Below are positions 49,477 through 60,300 of a DNA stretch of 64,000 nucleotides, one piece after another. The position numbers and the translations under genes are program-made. The DNA is taken from NCBI GenBank assembly GCA_963677925.2, contig CAXXYH010000004.1, positions 448,001 through 512,000 on the forward strand. The letters run 5' to 3'. Position 1 is the first letter of the stretch, and each line of letters starts with the position of its first letter. The notes beneath the pieces were generated by a model. It was not told the DNA's origin, did no database searches, and saw nothing but the letters and a program-made list of their open reading frames with translations. This stretch comes from Spirochaetia bacterium. GTDB taxonomy: Bacteria; Spirochaetota; Spirochaetia; UBA9216.

Positions 49477-50942
49477 ATCACCCTCTCTATTTCAGATAAG
49501 TCGGTGATGCCTTCCATGGTTTTTTGAAGCCCGTTTTTAAAAAGTACTGAAAACTCTTCTTTTTCAAGTTGTGCAGAAAGGGTGTTGTTGGGCGAGTTTC
49601 TGACTATCAGCTCTTCGAGCTCTGGTGATGTTACAAAGCATTCTGCAACCGTAGTTCGTCCCGAATAACCTGTATAGTTACATTTGAGGCAGCCCTGATG
49701 GTGAAAGCTTGAATCGGTCTCGAGTCCGTATTTTGCATAGATGGACCTTTGGGCGTTTGAGAGTTTCTTTTCTGTTTTACAATCAGGGCAGAGAACCCTG
49801 ACCAGCCTCTGGGCAACCGCGCCCCGAAGAACCGCCGCAAGCAGGTATGATTCGACCCCCATATTGATGAGCCTGTGAACGGATGATACTGAATCATTGG
49901 TATGAAGTGATGAAAGAACAAGATGTCCCGTTAGGGCGGCCCGGACAGCAAGTTGTGCGGTATCGGAATCTCTTATTTCTCCGACCATAATGATATTCGG
50001 ATCCTGCCTTAGAACACGGCGAAGAAGTGAATGGAACGTAAGTCCTATTTCATCATTCGTCTGAATCTGGTTGATCCCATCTATTCTGTATTCGACAGGA
50101 TCTTCAATTGTCACGATCTTGTTTGACTTATGATCAAGGTTTCTGATTATGGCATTCAGGCTTGTGGTTTTTCCCGAACCCGTAGGTCCGGTAAACAGAA
50201 CAAGACCATGCGGCTGATTATACAGATGGGTAATACTGGCTTTCACGGAATCGGAAAAACCAAGATCCTCAATCCCGAGAAGCGAGCCCTTCCTGTTGAA
50301 AAGCCGGAGTACTATTGATTCACCTCCGGTAATAGGAACGATGGAAAGCCGCATGTCAAGTTCTACACCGGCAATGCCAACCGAAATACGGCCGTCCTGC
50401 GGCAGCCTTCTTTCCATAATATTGAGGTCTGCCATAATCTTGATTCGGCTTGATACAGGTGAAAAGTATGATGCATCGTATTCCATTACCGGCACTAGCA
50501 CACCGTCAATACGGTAGCGTATAGTAAGTTTGTCTGAACGGCCTTCGATATGAATATCCGATACTTTTTTCTGGATGGCCTCGATGAAGATCGAGTTGAC
50601 TAGGTTGATTATAGGCGCGTCATCTGCAAAGGTGTCGATCTCTATATGGTTGTTTACGCCCGCAGAAGATTCGTAGCCCGAAGCCCCTGATAACGCCCTT
50701 CCGAGGTAAATTGTAAAATCCTCCGGTTCAATCTCTACAAACTCGACCTTTCCTCGATGAAAATCTTCTATCTCATCGATCAGTTCCCGGCTATACGGTT
50801 GGCATATACCGATTATCGATAGTCCTTCGTTGTTTACTCCGAGCTGAAGCACCTTGTTTTTCTCCATGAACTTAATGGCATATTGTTCATGAAGCGGGGG
50901 AAGAGGCTCAAATTCCTTTATGGATGACTTTCTGATATTCAT
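49473..50942 (-). CDS. gspE: T2SS ATPase
   Basis: SDIHIE, RLPQDGR, GPTGSGKTT, TIEDPVE, LRQDPNIIMVGEIRD, two CxxC. Confidence 0.95.
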   Translation of the reverse strand: MNIRKSSIKEFEPLPPLHEQYAIKFMEKNKVLQLGVNNEGLSIIGICQPYSRELIDEIEDFHRGKVEFVEIEPEDFTIYLGRALSGASGYESSAGVNNHIEIDTFADDAPIINLVNSIFIEAIQKKVSDIHIEGRSDKLTIRYRIDGVLVPVMEYDASYFSPVSSRIKIMADLNIMERRLPQDGRISVGIAGVELDMRLSIVPITGGESIVLRLFNRKGSLLGIEDLGFSDSVKASITHLYNQPHGLVLFTGPTGSGKTTSLNAIIRNLDHKSNKIVTIEDPVEYRIDGINQIQTNDEIGLTFHSLLRRVLRQDPNIIMVGEIRDSDTAQLAVRAALTGHLVLSSLHTNDSVSSVHRLINMGVESYLLAAVLRGAVAQRLVRVLCPDCKTEKKLSNAQRSIYAKYGLETDSSFHHQGCLKCNYTGYSGRTTVAECFVTSPELEELIVRNSPNNTLSAQLEKEEFSVLFKNGLQKTMEGITDLSEIERVI

Positions 50943-50944
50943 GA

Positions 50945-53116
50945 TTACGGGAAAAACTCTTCTGACAATCTTAATATTTCATCCTCCGGTGACAGCTGCG
51001 AATCGCCGGAAGCCTCTTCAACAAGGTAGGGAACAAGATAAACAACAAATTCGGTATTTTCTTCAGTATTACTGATTTTTCTGAACAGAAAACCAATCAG
51101 TGGAATATCACCGAGAATTGGAACCTTGGATACTGATTCGGTCACTTCCTTCTGCATCAGTCCGCCGATCACTATGGGTTTTCCTGATGGAGTCCGAAGG
51201 TGGGTATTAATTATTCTTTCTGTTGTAGGAGGCAGCTCGTCTTCACTACTTTCACTGTCACTTTCCTTGGAAATAGTCGATTCGACCTCCATTGTGATCA
51301 TGTTGTCTCCAGAAACCCAGCCGGTTATCTCCATGAACAGACCTGTTGAAATCTCGCTTGTAACGCCGGTATAGGTGATATCACCATTTTCATCGACTTC
51401 AGGTTCACGGTAGCGATATGTTGAACTGTTCTGGAAACTTACTGTTTGCCCCGAAAGCCCATGCAATGTAGTATCGGCCATTACCTCAGCTGTGCTGTTG
51501 CTTAAGGCGGTATTCAGCTCGATTGCAAACAGGTATCCGAATGTGGAGAGAATATCGAAATCAAGCGAGAGTAGATTTCCTATGGTTCCAAGGAAAGATG
51601 ATTCGCTATTGTCATCAGATGCTGAGTTTGATACGCTGATGTCGAAATCGAGTCCTTTGCTTTTCTGATACTGGATTATCATAAGCTTGTATCTAAGCTG
51701 TGGGGCTGGTACGTCGATTTCGGCAACAAGTTTTTTAAGATATTCAAGCCTCGAAATACTGCCAATAAAGTAAACGGATGATAGGCTACCTGTATCTTTA
51801 AAATCGTCTGATGTAAACGGCGGCGGTGGATTCCCCAGAAAATCCTCGGCTTTAAGGTATTTGAATGTCAGTACGTGTGATTCCCTTGGGACATCCATTG
51901 CAGCAAGCAGGCTTTCAACTTCGGTTTGCTGTTCGGCAGAGTAAAATCCCAGAAACGAATGTGCGTCTTTCAATACTATGGGTTGAGGAGCCTTAAGCCT
52001 CTGCGGGAATGCTTCAATCGCAGTCGACGGCTCAATGAAATCGAGTGTGAATGTGTAGTATTTTTTATCAGTCTGGGGTCTGTCTATGGCCTTCAGATAA
52101 TCTTTAAGCGGTCTGAGTTCTTCAAGACTTCCGCTTAAAATCAGCGAATTCCTGTCCTTATCAATTTTATAAAAACTGCTGGAACTTAAAAGGTTAGGCA
52201 GAAGAGACGGAACATCTTCGGCGGATATATAGTAGAGGGTATAGTATTCAGAAAGCTTGTACTGTTTCAGGATGTCCTGCCGGTTGATGTCGAAAAGGTA
52301 ATATATGCCGTTGTTTACGGTATAATCACCGCTGGTCTGGACAAGAAGAAGACGAAGAAGTTCGTCAAAACTTTTATCTGTGTATGCAATGTCTTTCAAT
52401 GAGGCCGAAGATTTAAAAAGCAGAACGTATTCCTTGTCAGCCTTCTTGAATAGTTCGTCGATGACCGAAAGCAGATCTCCGCGTTCGATATTAAGGTTGT
52501 AGTTGTTTTCACCGGCAATTTTTATGGAGTCCTTTTCAGCTTTTCCTGTTCCAGTGTTCTGTGGTGTTAGTTCTCGTTTTATATAATAGTAATCATTATC
52601 AATAAATAGGGAATATTCAGGAAATCTGGCTGTAATCATTGACAGAAAGTTTTCCGGGGTTATTCCCATACTATTGAGGGTTAACCTGTCAGAGGGTAGG
52701 GGATCGAAGAGAATGGTCTTTCCGATAACCTTGGATGTTTCTTGCAGAATATTGAAAAGACCGGCATCATTGGTTTTTATTGAAAAGAGTCCGTTTTCGG
52801 GATTTAAAAAGGCATCGATTCTCGATATTGAATAGATCCGCTCACCCGTTTTTTTGTAGAAAAACCCATATTTTTTACTGAGACTGTCCATAGCTTCTTC
52901 AAATGTAGTATTTGAAAAACGGTAAGTGACTGTTCCAGTTACTGTTTCATCTGGAAGTATTGAATTTCCGGTTGCAGAACCAAGTGCTATTAGCACATCT
53001 GAGAGAGGTTTGTTTCTGAATTCAATATCATTAATCGGCTGTTGCGCTGAAACTGAAAAAATCAAAAAAAAGAAAAAAAATACTAATAAAATGCTGATAA
53101 GCCGGGATTTTTGCAT
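50945..53116 (-). CDS. gspD: Secretin
   Basis: Signal peptide, repeated N-domains, IVIGGL..KVPILGDIPLIGFLFR secretin signature. Confidence 0.93.
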   Translation of the reverse strand: MQKSRLISILLVFFFFFLIFSVSAQQPINDIEFRNKPLSDVLIALGSATGNSILPDETVTGTVTYRFSNTTFEEAMDSLSKKYGFFYKKTGERIYSISRIDAFLNPENGLFSIKTNDAGLFNILQETSKVIGKTILFDPLPSDRLTLNSMGITPENFLSMITARFPEYSLFIDNDYYYIKRELTPQNTGTGKAEKDSIKIAGENNYNLNIERGDLLSVIDELFKKADKEYVLLFKSSASLKDIAYTDKSFDELLRLLLVQTSGDYTVNNGIYYLFDINRQDILKQYKLSEYYTLYYISAEDVPSLLPNLLSSSSFYKIDKDRNSLILSGSLEELRPLKDYLKAIDRPQTDKKYYTFTLDFIEPSTAIEAFPQRLKAPQPIVLKDAHSFLGFYSAEQQTEVESLLAAMDVPRESHVLTFKYLKAEDFLGNPPPPFTSDDFKDTGSLSSVYFIGSISRLEYLKKLVAEIDVPAPQLRYKLMIIQYQKSKGLDFDISVSNSASDDNSESSFLGTIGNLLSLDFDILSTFGYLFAIELNTALSNSTAEVMADTTLHGLSGQTVSFQNSSTYRYREPEVDENGDITYTGVTSEISTGLFMEITGWVSGDNMITMEVESTISKESDSESSEDELPPTTERIINTHLRTPSGKPIVIGGLMQKEVTESVSKVPILGDIPLIGFLFRKISNTEENTEFVVYLVPYLVEEASGDSQLSPEDEILRLSEEFFP

Positions 53117-53331
53117 TTATAGATTTACCTTGTTAAATTAGTCTACAAATTATTTTATAGGTAGTCTCTTTGTCTGTCAATTTCTATGGAAATAAAAGGA
53201 ATTATTAAAATATTCAAAATCAAGATTTTTGAGAAAATTATTGATCGAAGGTAAAACATGTGCTAATGTTCTGAGCAAATTCATTAATAATAAAGTTAAT
53301 TTAAAATAGAAAGGAAAAAAATGACATCTTC

Positions 53332-53760
53332 TTATCTACCATTTAGTAGAAAGAGTATAATCGCACCAATAGTCATAAAAGGTGCAAAAGGTATTTTTAA
53401 TTTTTTAATCTCAAAATTTAATACTACTTTTAGAGTTATCAGATACAAAATCGCGATTATACTTGCTGAAGTAATTGCAAATAACCAATTCCAGATTCCT
53501 AATAACACTGAGACAGATGCGGAAAGTATGGCATCTCCAAGACCCATTCCTCCTTTTGTAAGCAATCGAATAAAGAATAAGAATAAGAAACCTACAAAAA
53601 TACGAATTAAAATTTGTAACAAATTTGAATTGTTAATCCAAGAATTAATACTCACAAGTATAAGTATTGCACAGTTTAGGGCAATTGGGATTTTGAGTGA
53701 TTTAAGATCGAAAATTGCAACGATAATTAGGAGTAATATTACTATTGTCGATAATGTCAT
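53332..53760 (-). CDS. Minimal A24 prepilin peptidase (no methyltransferase/Zn domain)
   Basis: AIFDLK and GMGLGD catalytic aspartates, IPFAPF tail; only 142 aa. Confidence 0.88.
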   Translation of the reverse strand: MTLSTIVILLLIIVAIFDLKSLKIPIALNCAILILVSINSWINNSNLLQILIRIFVGFLFLFFIRLLTKGGMGLGDAILSASVSVLLGIWNWLFAITSASIIAILYLITLKVVLNFEIKKLKIPFAPFMTIGAIILFLLNGR

Positions 53761-53862
53761 AATTTAATTTCCAAATATGTGGAATATATTGAATTATTTA
53801 AAATTATTAAAGTCTTGTTTTAAATGTTTATAAAATTATTGATTTTAAAAATGGAGATTTAA

Positions 53863-56800
53863 ATGAAGAAAATTATATTACTATTTATTTTTGTACTATC
53901 AACTATATCAGGAATCTATGCCGGTATATTTTATGAAACTCGTAATTATGATTTCACAATTTCTCATAGTAAAAATTCATGTATTTCAGGTACTTCCAAC
54001 TCACCAACTAATGCATGGGTACGATTAACTCTCTCTTCAACTGCAGTAGAAGTAGATGGATATGATGTAGGAACAGCTTTTACAATAACTGTTGATGGAA
54101 AGTCAACTCTAGAATCCATAAATTGGGAGGGTGGTAGTAAAATAATTGATATAATTATTCCAAAAGGGAAATATGTTAACATAAAAGCTAAAACAACTTA
54201 CTTCAGTAATCAGTATTTGACTTTACGTCCAACTGCTAATGTGACAGCAGCTTTTAAAAAAGAATTAGTAGATGACAATAGACCCAAAGATGGTGCAGAA
54301 ATACAAATCCCTGGCGGTTCTATTTATAATAAAACTGATTTTTATATATCTGCTGAGGCTGTAGATATAGGAACATCCTTATACTATTACTTCCCATACA
54401 AGTCTTCTGGATTCGAGGAAAAATCTGGAATAGGAAAATATATTTTTAATGTAGAAAAATATATTAGTGATACTCAATCTATTATGATATTGGAAAATAT
54501 TGAGGAGGTTATGAAGAAGGTAGATCACCTATCTATACTAAATGATGATTTAATAGGAAGTGGGAAATATAAAATAAGTGGAGTTGTCTACGATGCTTAT
54601 GGGAATGGACCAACACCTTTGAATTCTAAGACTGTACTCATTGACGCGGATGCCCCCTCTGCTCCTGAATTGATTTCCGTAAGCTATGATGGCGGTACAG
54701 ATTCTGAGGATGTCGTTCTTTCAGACCTAGGTAGCGAAAAGAATATTGGTTTCTATAGATCTCCTTTATATTTAAGTGCTTCTATTCCAACAGATAATCC
54801 TAATGACGCAGATTGTAGAAGTGGGATTGATTCTTATTCACAAACAATGAGAATAAATGAGACAGAATATGAAAAAGTATCAGTAGTGAATTTTTCTACA
54901 GCAGAAGAAGGTGGAAAATATGATGCAAGTGCCTATTATTTTGATAATGTAGGAAATAAAGGTGAGGAAGCTACTTTTAGTTTCTACATTGATAATAAAT
55001 CCCCTGATTCTCCAGAATTTCAAACTACTCCCAATTGTATTCCTGGTCCAAATGATAAAAGCTTAATCTTTGTCCCTGTAGATAATCAGGGATATTTAGC
55101 ATGGGAACCTTCTGTGGATGGTACTGAGGAATGGCAAAGTGGAACGGATGAATACTCTTATAAACTTGAAATGATTGATTCATCAGGTGACCCTGCTTTT
55201 TCTGCATTCATAGTGGAAGATTCAGCAGAGGAAAGTAAGATTGGGATTAATTCAGATGGATTATATCAGACTATACCAGATGAGCTTTCTATGGGCTCTT
55301 ATACACTGACTCTTAACGTCTCAGATAAAGTTGGGAATCAAATTGATATAAACACTAATAAATTTACTGTAAATGTTTCTTATGCTCCTAAACCAGTTGA
55401 TATTAATACAATAAATCTTGTTGATCAGGGAGATGGAGAATTTTCTCTTGAGTGGAATTATGACGACAATGATGGAGCTGAAGGTTATTATTTTGATGTA
55501 AAGGTCTATAAAACAAGTTCTCCAAAGGATTCTTATGAAATCTGGAATTATGATGATGATACAACTCCTATTACATGGGGTGAAGGAATAACTTACAGTT
55601 GTTCCTTACCTGTAGATGAGCTTCGAACCAAGGTTAATTATACAGCACGTGTATATGTCATGAACGCTGATGGTTTTCCAATGTATACAGATTTAGTCTT
55701 TAACCTTCCAAATAAACCAGCCCAGCTAACTTCAGATATGTTTGAAATACCAGAGAATATGCAAATGTTCGGCAAAGGTTTTCCCGATTTTCAACTTAAC
55801 AGTATTGATGAGACTGTTCTGCAAGATGATGAAGGGGATTTATTAGGTTTAAAATTGTTCTATAAAAACCAAGTCTCAAGTATTTTCAAAGAAATAAATG
55901 CCGGTGTTTTAGGGGATAGCCCAGTACTAGAAATTAATGCTGATACGGATGGAACCCCCGAATTAAGTACTGGTGTATATGACTATTATATAAATGTGGT
56001 TGAATACTATGAAGATTGGGATGGGGAGCTAAAATCCTGGAATGAATTTGAAAGATGGCCGATAGCTGTTAATAATTCATTTGTCGTGGATGGAAATGCT
56101 CCGAAAGGAACTCTTCTTGCGATGAGTAAGACAGATAACTATCTAACAATAAAGGCTACATCACTTAGTGATGGAAGTGGAGATACAGTCTCAGGTGTGT
56201 CTGAAATTGTTTTGTGGAATGATGGAACGGGATATACAGGTGAAATAGTTGATTATAATTCTACTACTTTCGCTACTAACGTTGCTTCAGGTAAAGGGAT
56301 AAGAGTTGCTATAGCCGATGGAGATGAAATTACAATTGAAGGCTGGCCGTTTGAAACAGAAGATGGTCGAGTAACAGCCAGTATGGTTGTAATAGATGAT
56401 GTTGGTAATGAATCTGAAACGGTAAAGATTATTGAAGAAGGCACTAATCAAGCTCCAAGCATTGATGTTTATGTATCTGAAAAGACATTACGAGTTGGCG
56501 AAGTATGGGAATGCCCGGATAGTCCAGCTTTTTATGATGCTATCGATGGTGAAGGAGATGATCTCTCTTGGTATTGGGATTTCGGAGATGGGACAAGTAG
56601 TGAGGAAGAATATCCAATAAAGACATATACAGAAAGAGGGGAATATACTGTAGTCCTTACAGTTAGTGACTGGTGGGAGCAAAGTGATTCTGCCGAGTTC
56701 ACTTTTTATGCTGAAAATACAACTGAAGGTACACTTTTAATAAGCGAGAACTGGAGTGGCGAGCACACGCTAACCGGGGAGGTAGTAATTCCGACCGGGT

Positions 56801-57285
56801 TAAGTTTGACTATTACTGAAGGTACGACAGTCATAACACCTCAGAATACCGGGATTGTAGTATCTGCTGGTGCAAGCCTAACTATTAGCGGAAGTGCAGA
56901 TAATAAAGTGAATATTGGTCCAGTACTGACAGTTGAGCCATATCCCTTTTGGAATGGTTTAGTTATAAATGGAATGTCGAATATTACCTTTACAAACTTG
57001 AAAAATGGAGTAAGAGCTATCGCCGCAGGTCCTGGTTCTACAGTTACTCTAGATGATTGTAATTTCATTGACAACAAAATCGGTCTGCACATTGTCGGGA
57101 CGTCAGTAATCCTGTCAGGAGAAAATAGTTTTATCGGTAATTTATGGTATGGCATCAAGGAAGATTCAGTTATAGAACATCCGGATCTTAGTGGATGTCT
57201 ATTTAATGATAATAAAAATGATTACTACCATCAAGACTTACTGATCCTAAATGGTGATGATCTTATTGAATATATTGGAAATTAA
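53863..57285 (+). CDS. Large secreted protein: Ig-like repeats, PKD domain, C-terminal right-handed beta-helix
   Basis: Signal peptide MKKIILL..GIYA; DxVGN repeats; YWDFGDG..YTVVLTV (PKD); WSGEHTLTGEVVIP..FIDNKIG..YGIKED. Confidence 0.85.
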   Translation: MKKIILLFIFVLSTISGIYAGIFYETRNYDFTISHSKNSCISGTSNSPTNAWVRLTLSSTAVEVDGYDVGTAFTITVDGKSTLESINWEGGSKIIDIIIPKGKYVNIKAKTTYFSNQYLTLRPTANVTAAFKKELVDDNRPKDGAEIQIPGGSIYNKTDFYISAEAVDIGTSLYYYFPYKSSGFEEKSGIGKYIFNVEKYISDTQSIMILENIEEVMKKVDHLSILNDDLIGSGKYKISGVVYDAYGNGPTPLNSKTVLIDADAPSAPELISVSYDGGTDSEDVVLSDLGSEKNIGFYRSPLYLSASIPTDNPNDADCRSGIDSYSQTMRINETEYEKVSVVNFSTAEEGGKYDASAYYFDNVGNKGEEATFSFYIDNKSPDSPEFQTTPNCIPGPNDKSLIFVPVDNQGYLAWEPSVDGTEEWQSGTDEYSYKLEMIDSSGDPAFSAFIVEDSAEESKIGINSDGLYQTIPDELSMGSYTLTLNVSDKVGNQIDINTNKFTVNVSYAPKPVDINTINLVDQGDGEFSLEWNYDDNDGAEGYYFDVKVYKTSSPKDSYEIWNYDDDTTPITWGEGITYSCSLPVDELRTKVNYTARVYVMNADGFPMYTDLVFNLPNKPAQLTSDMFEIPENMQMFGKGFPDFQLNSIDETVLQDDEGDLLGLKLFYKNQVSSIFKEINAGVLGDSPVLEINADTDGTPELSTGVYDYYINVVEYYEDWDGELKSWNEFERWPIAVNNSFVVDGNAPKGTLLAMSKTDNYLTIKATSLSDGSGDTVSGVSEIVLWNDGTGYTGEIVDYNSTTFATNVASGKGIRVAIADGDEITIEGWPFETEDGRVTASMVVIDDVGNESETVKIIEEGTNQAPSIDVYVSEKTLRVGEVWECPDSPAFYDAIDGEGDDLSWYWDFGDGTSSEEEYPIKTYTERGEYTVVLTVSDWWEQSDSAEFTFYAENTTEGTLLISENWSGEHTLTGEVVIPTGLSLTITEGTTVITPQNTGIVVSAGASLTISGSADNKVNIGPVLTVEPYPFWNGLVINGMSNITFTNLKNGVRAIAAGPGSTVTLDDCNFIDNKIGLHIVGTSVILSGENSFIGNLWYGIKEDSVIEHPDLSGCLFNDNKNDYYHQDLLILNGDDLIEYIGN

Positions 57286-57302
57286 AAAAGGTGAGAGTAA
57301 AA

Positions 57303-60300
57303 ATGAAAATGACAAGAAAAATATCAATTATTATAGTTTTATTATTTATATCACTGTTTAATGTCCATGCTTCGGCAGGAAATCTTGAGTTGAGTATAAT
57401 TGGATCCTCCAATAATACTGATGTGTTGAATCCTGCTGAATATGCAGCAGATGATAATATACTGACTTATTGGGCGCTTGACCCTGAAGAAACTGATGGC
57501 TGGTTTGAAGTCAGCCTGGATGAATTATCATGTATTTATGCAATAGAGCTTTCCGGAACACTTGATACCGAAAATGTTATCAACTTTGAATACGATTCAG
57601 ATGGAATCTGGAAAAGTTTTATCAATACTGAACTTACTTCTATTGGCTCAAGTGGCGAATATATTGATCTATCTGGTTATAAAATAGTAACCGATAAAAT
57701 CAGGGTTTATCTGCAAGGTGAAGATACGAGTTATAGTTTCATTGAAGAGTTTAGTATTTTTGGTGAAAGTTATTCTGACACATATCATAAATTGGGGATT
57801 AGTAATGTTAGCGGAGAGGAAAACATTTTTTACCCGTTATCAAATCTTACGGATGAGAATACAAAAACTTACTGGGAGACTGAAAGTATAGGTACCTGGA
57901 TAGTAAGTATACTTCAGGGGGCTAAAAACTGGATAACTGACTGTTTTGAGACTGGTAACTTTAATTTTAGAAAAAGAAGCAATTTATGGGAAGATGAAAA
58001 CGGGGCAGTTATAAGTTTAGCGGAAACTTCGACAATCTATCGAATAAAAGCTTATCTTTCGCAAGATTATTCAGGAAAGATAATACTCAATAAATTGGAT
58101 GATGATGAGTGGACTGAAATTTCAGTAATAGAAGAAGGAACTGAACCGGGCTGGTATATTATTGATTTACCCGATGGGCTTAATACTGATTCTATTCAAA
58201 TAATATCTGAGGATACGGACTGGTGGTCATTGCTCTTGGGTCTCGATACCGCAGAAATTACAGGACTTTGTGAAATAGAGTTCTGGGGAAAATCAGATTT
58301 ACCTTCGAGTAAAGAGCTAACGTTTTATACTGAAGATACTAACATAGTTGAAGGATTAAACAGTGTTTTTTCTACCTCTGAATCAGAAAAGTATGAAGTG
58401 GAACTTGTTGTTGATGCAGACGCAGGTGATTTTACATGTATCGAACTAAATGGTACTCAAGTACAAATCCCTTTTATTCAGGAAATCGAGGGAGCTTTTT
58501 ATTATCAGAGCATAATTGATAACGATTTACTCTGGAACGGAGACAACTTCTTAAGATTAGAATCCTCTGATTATCACCTACTAAGTGGTTCGATAGTTGG
58601 TCTTTCTAAAGATGGAAGCCTTTCTTTCAGCGATGGCATAAAAGATTATTTTACAGCAGATTCAACCGGATATAATGAGATAGAATTTGATTCAGAAATT
58701 TCACTTGAAGAAGTCCTATTGACAACTAATGATGTTTCCAATGAAAGAGTTTATTACAGATCAGAAAATCAATGGTTTGAATTGGCCTGGAGTGGAGTAA
58801 CTGAGCATTCAGAAATATATTCAATTTTTCTTTCAGAATCAGGAAATAATACTAATCTGGTGGCTGATTGTATACGAATTGAAGGCTTGACATCAGGAGC
58901 GCAATACGGGGTTACTGTTAAAGGCAGTAGAATATCAGATAGTGCACCGCAGATTCAGATGTACTGGCCAAAAAATGGTGAAGTTATTGAACAAAGCGGA
59001 CTGGGTACAATGTTCGCGGTAGGTTATGTTGATGATGAGAATGCTGTTATCACTGTTAATGATGAAGAGGCACAGAATATCGGTAACCTTTTCTGGATTT
59101 CAAATATGCCTGGTGATGTTATCACAGATGGAGAATATGCACTTCATATAGCTGCAACAGATTCAGAGGGAAGGACAACTGAGAAAACAATATACTGGTC
59201 TAATATTGACAGTAATGTCTACAATTGTGATCTCGGTGAAGATATTATTTATACTCTTGATGACAGTATCACAGTAGAAGGGGGTACAAATCCTTCTGCG
59301 ACTGTTTATATAAATGATGAAATAGTTGACGGCAGTAGCCAGCGATATTCCAAAGATATTGAACTTGCTCCGGGACTTAATATTATTACGATTAAATTTG
59401 TTCATCGGACACAGGGGGTATTCGCACTTCTTCAAAGACGTATTTTTCTTGTCACAACAGAACCCGTTCTTGAAATTAGCCAGCCTAACGATATTGATTA
59501 TACCTCAGCACAGCAAATTGATGTGTCAGGAACTTTGTCAGTATCTGGAGCCTACGAAATTGAATGCGAAGGTTATGAAGTGCAAGACGATGGAACTTTG
59601 TTTACTGTTCCTTCAGTGACTCTTGTAAGTGGAGCCTACAATGATATTAAAGTAACTTTAACCGATCAGTTTGGAAGAACATCAACCGATAGCGTCTCTG
59701 TTTTCTGCGATATAAATGCTCCGGTGTTAACAGGTATAACACCAGAAAGCGGGTCAATATTATCTGAGAGTGTAAATACTTTTGTAATCACAACCTCAGA
59801 TGAAAGTGAGCTTTCAGTTTTTATGGATGGACTGGTAGTCCCTGGAGGAAGCGGAATATTTGAAAAGACTATTTCGCTTTTAGATGGGTTTTATTCTCTT
59901 TCTCTGGTTTTAAAAGATAAGGCTGGAAATACTACACAGGTTTATCTTGATTACACAGTGGATACTGTACCTCCGGTTGATTTTACAGTCGATGTAACCC
60001 CTGCAGGTTGGACCTCTGATAATCAGCCTATAATCAGTTTTGAAACAACAGATGCCACTTCCGGTGTTGATTGTTATGAGTTGTCAATTGATGAAGGCAG
60101 TTTCTATGTAATTGAAAGTCCATACCAGCTGCCAGTTCAGAGTGAAGGTGAGCATACAATTGCTGTGAGAGCTGTAGATAACGCAGGACATATGACATAT
60201 TCATATGCAGAAACAAAAACAGATACAATTCCGCCTGATATTTTGACAGATATTGAGATTGTCCCAGGCAATGGTCAACTTGTCTTAAAATGGGAAGATG

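Noticed and set aside
43641-53760. Type IV pilus or competence interpretation of the cluster
   Set aside because: The major pilin has the GspG-specific GPYL/DPWGN signature, a GspK-like gene is present, and no PilT or PilM is seen.
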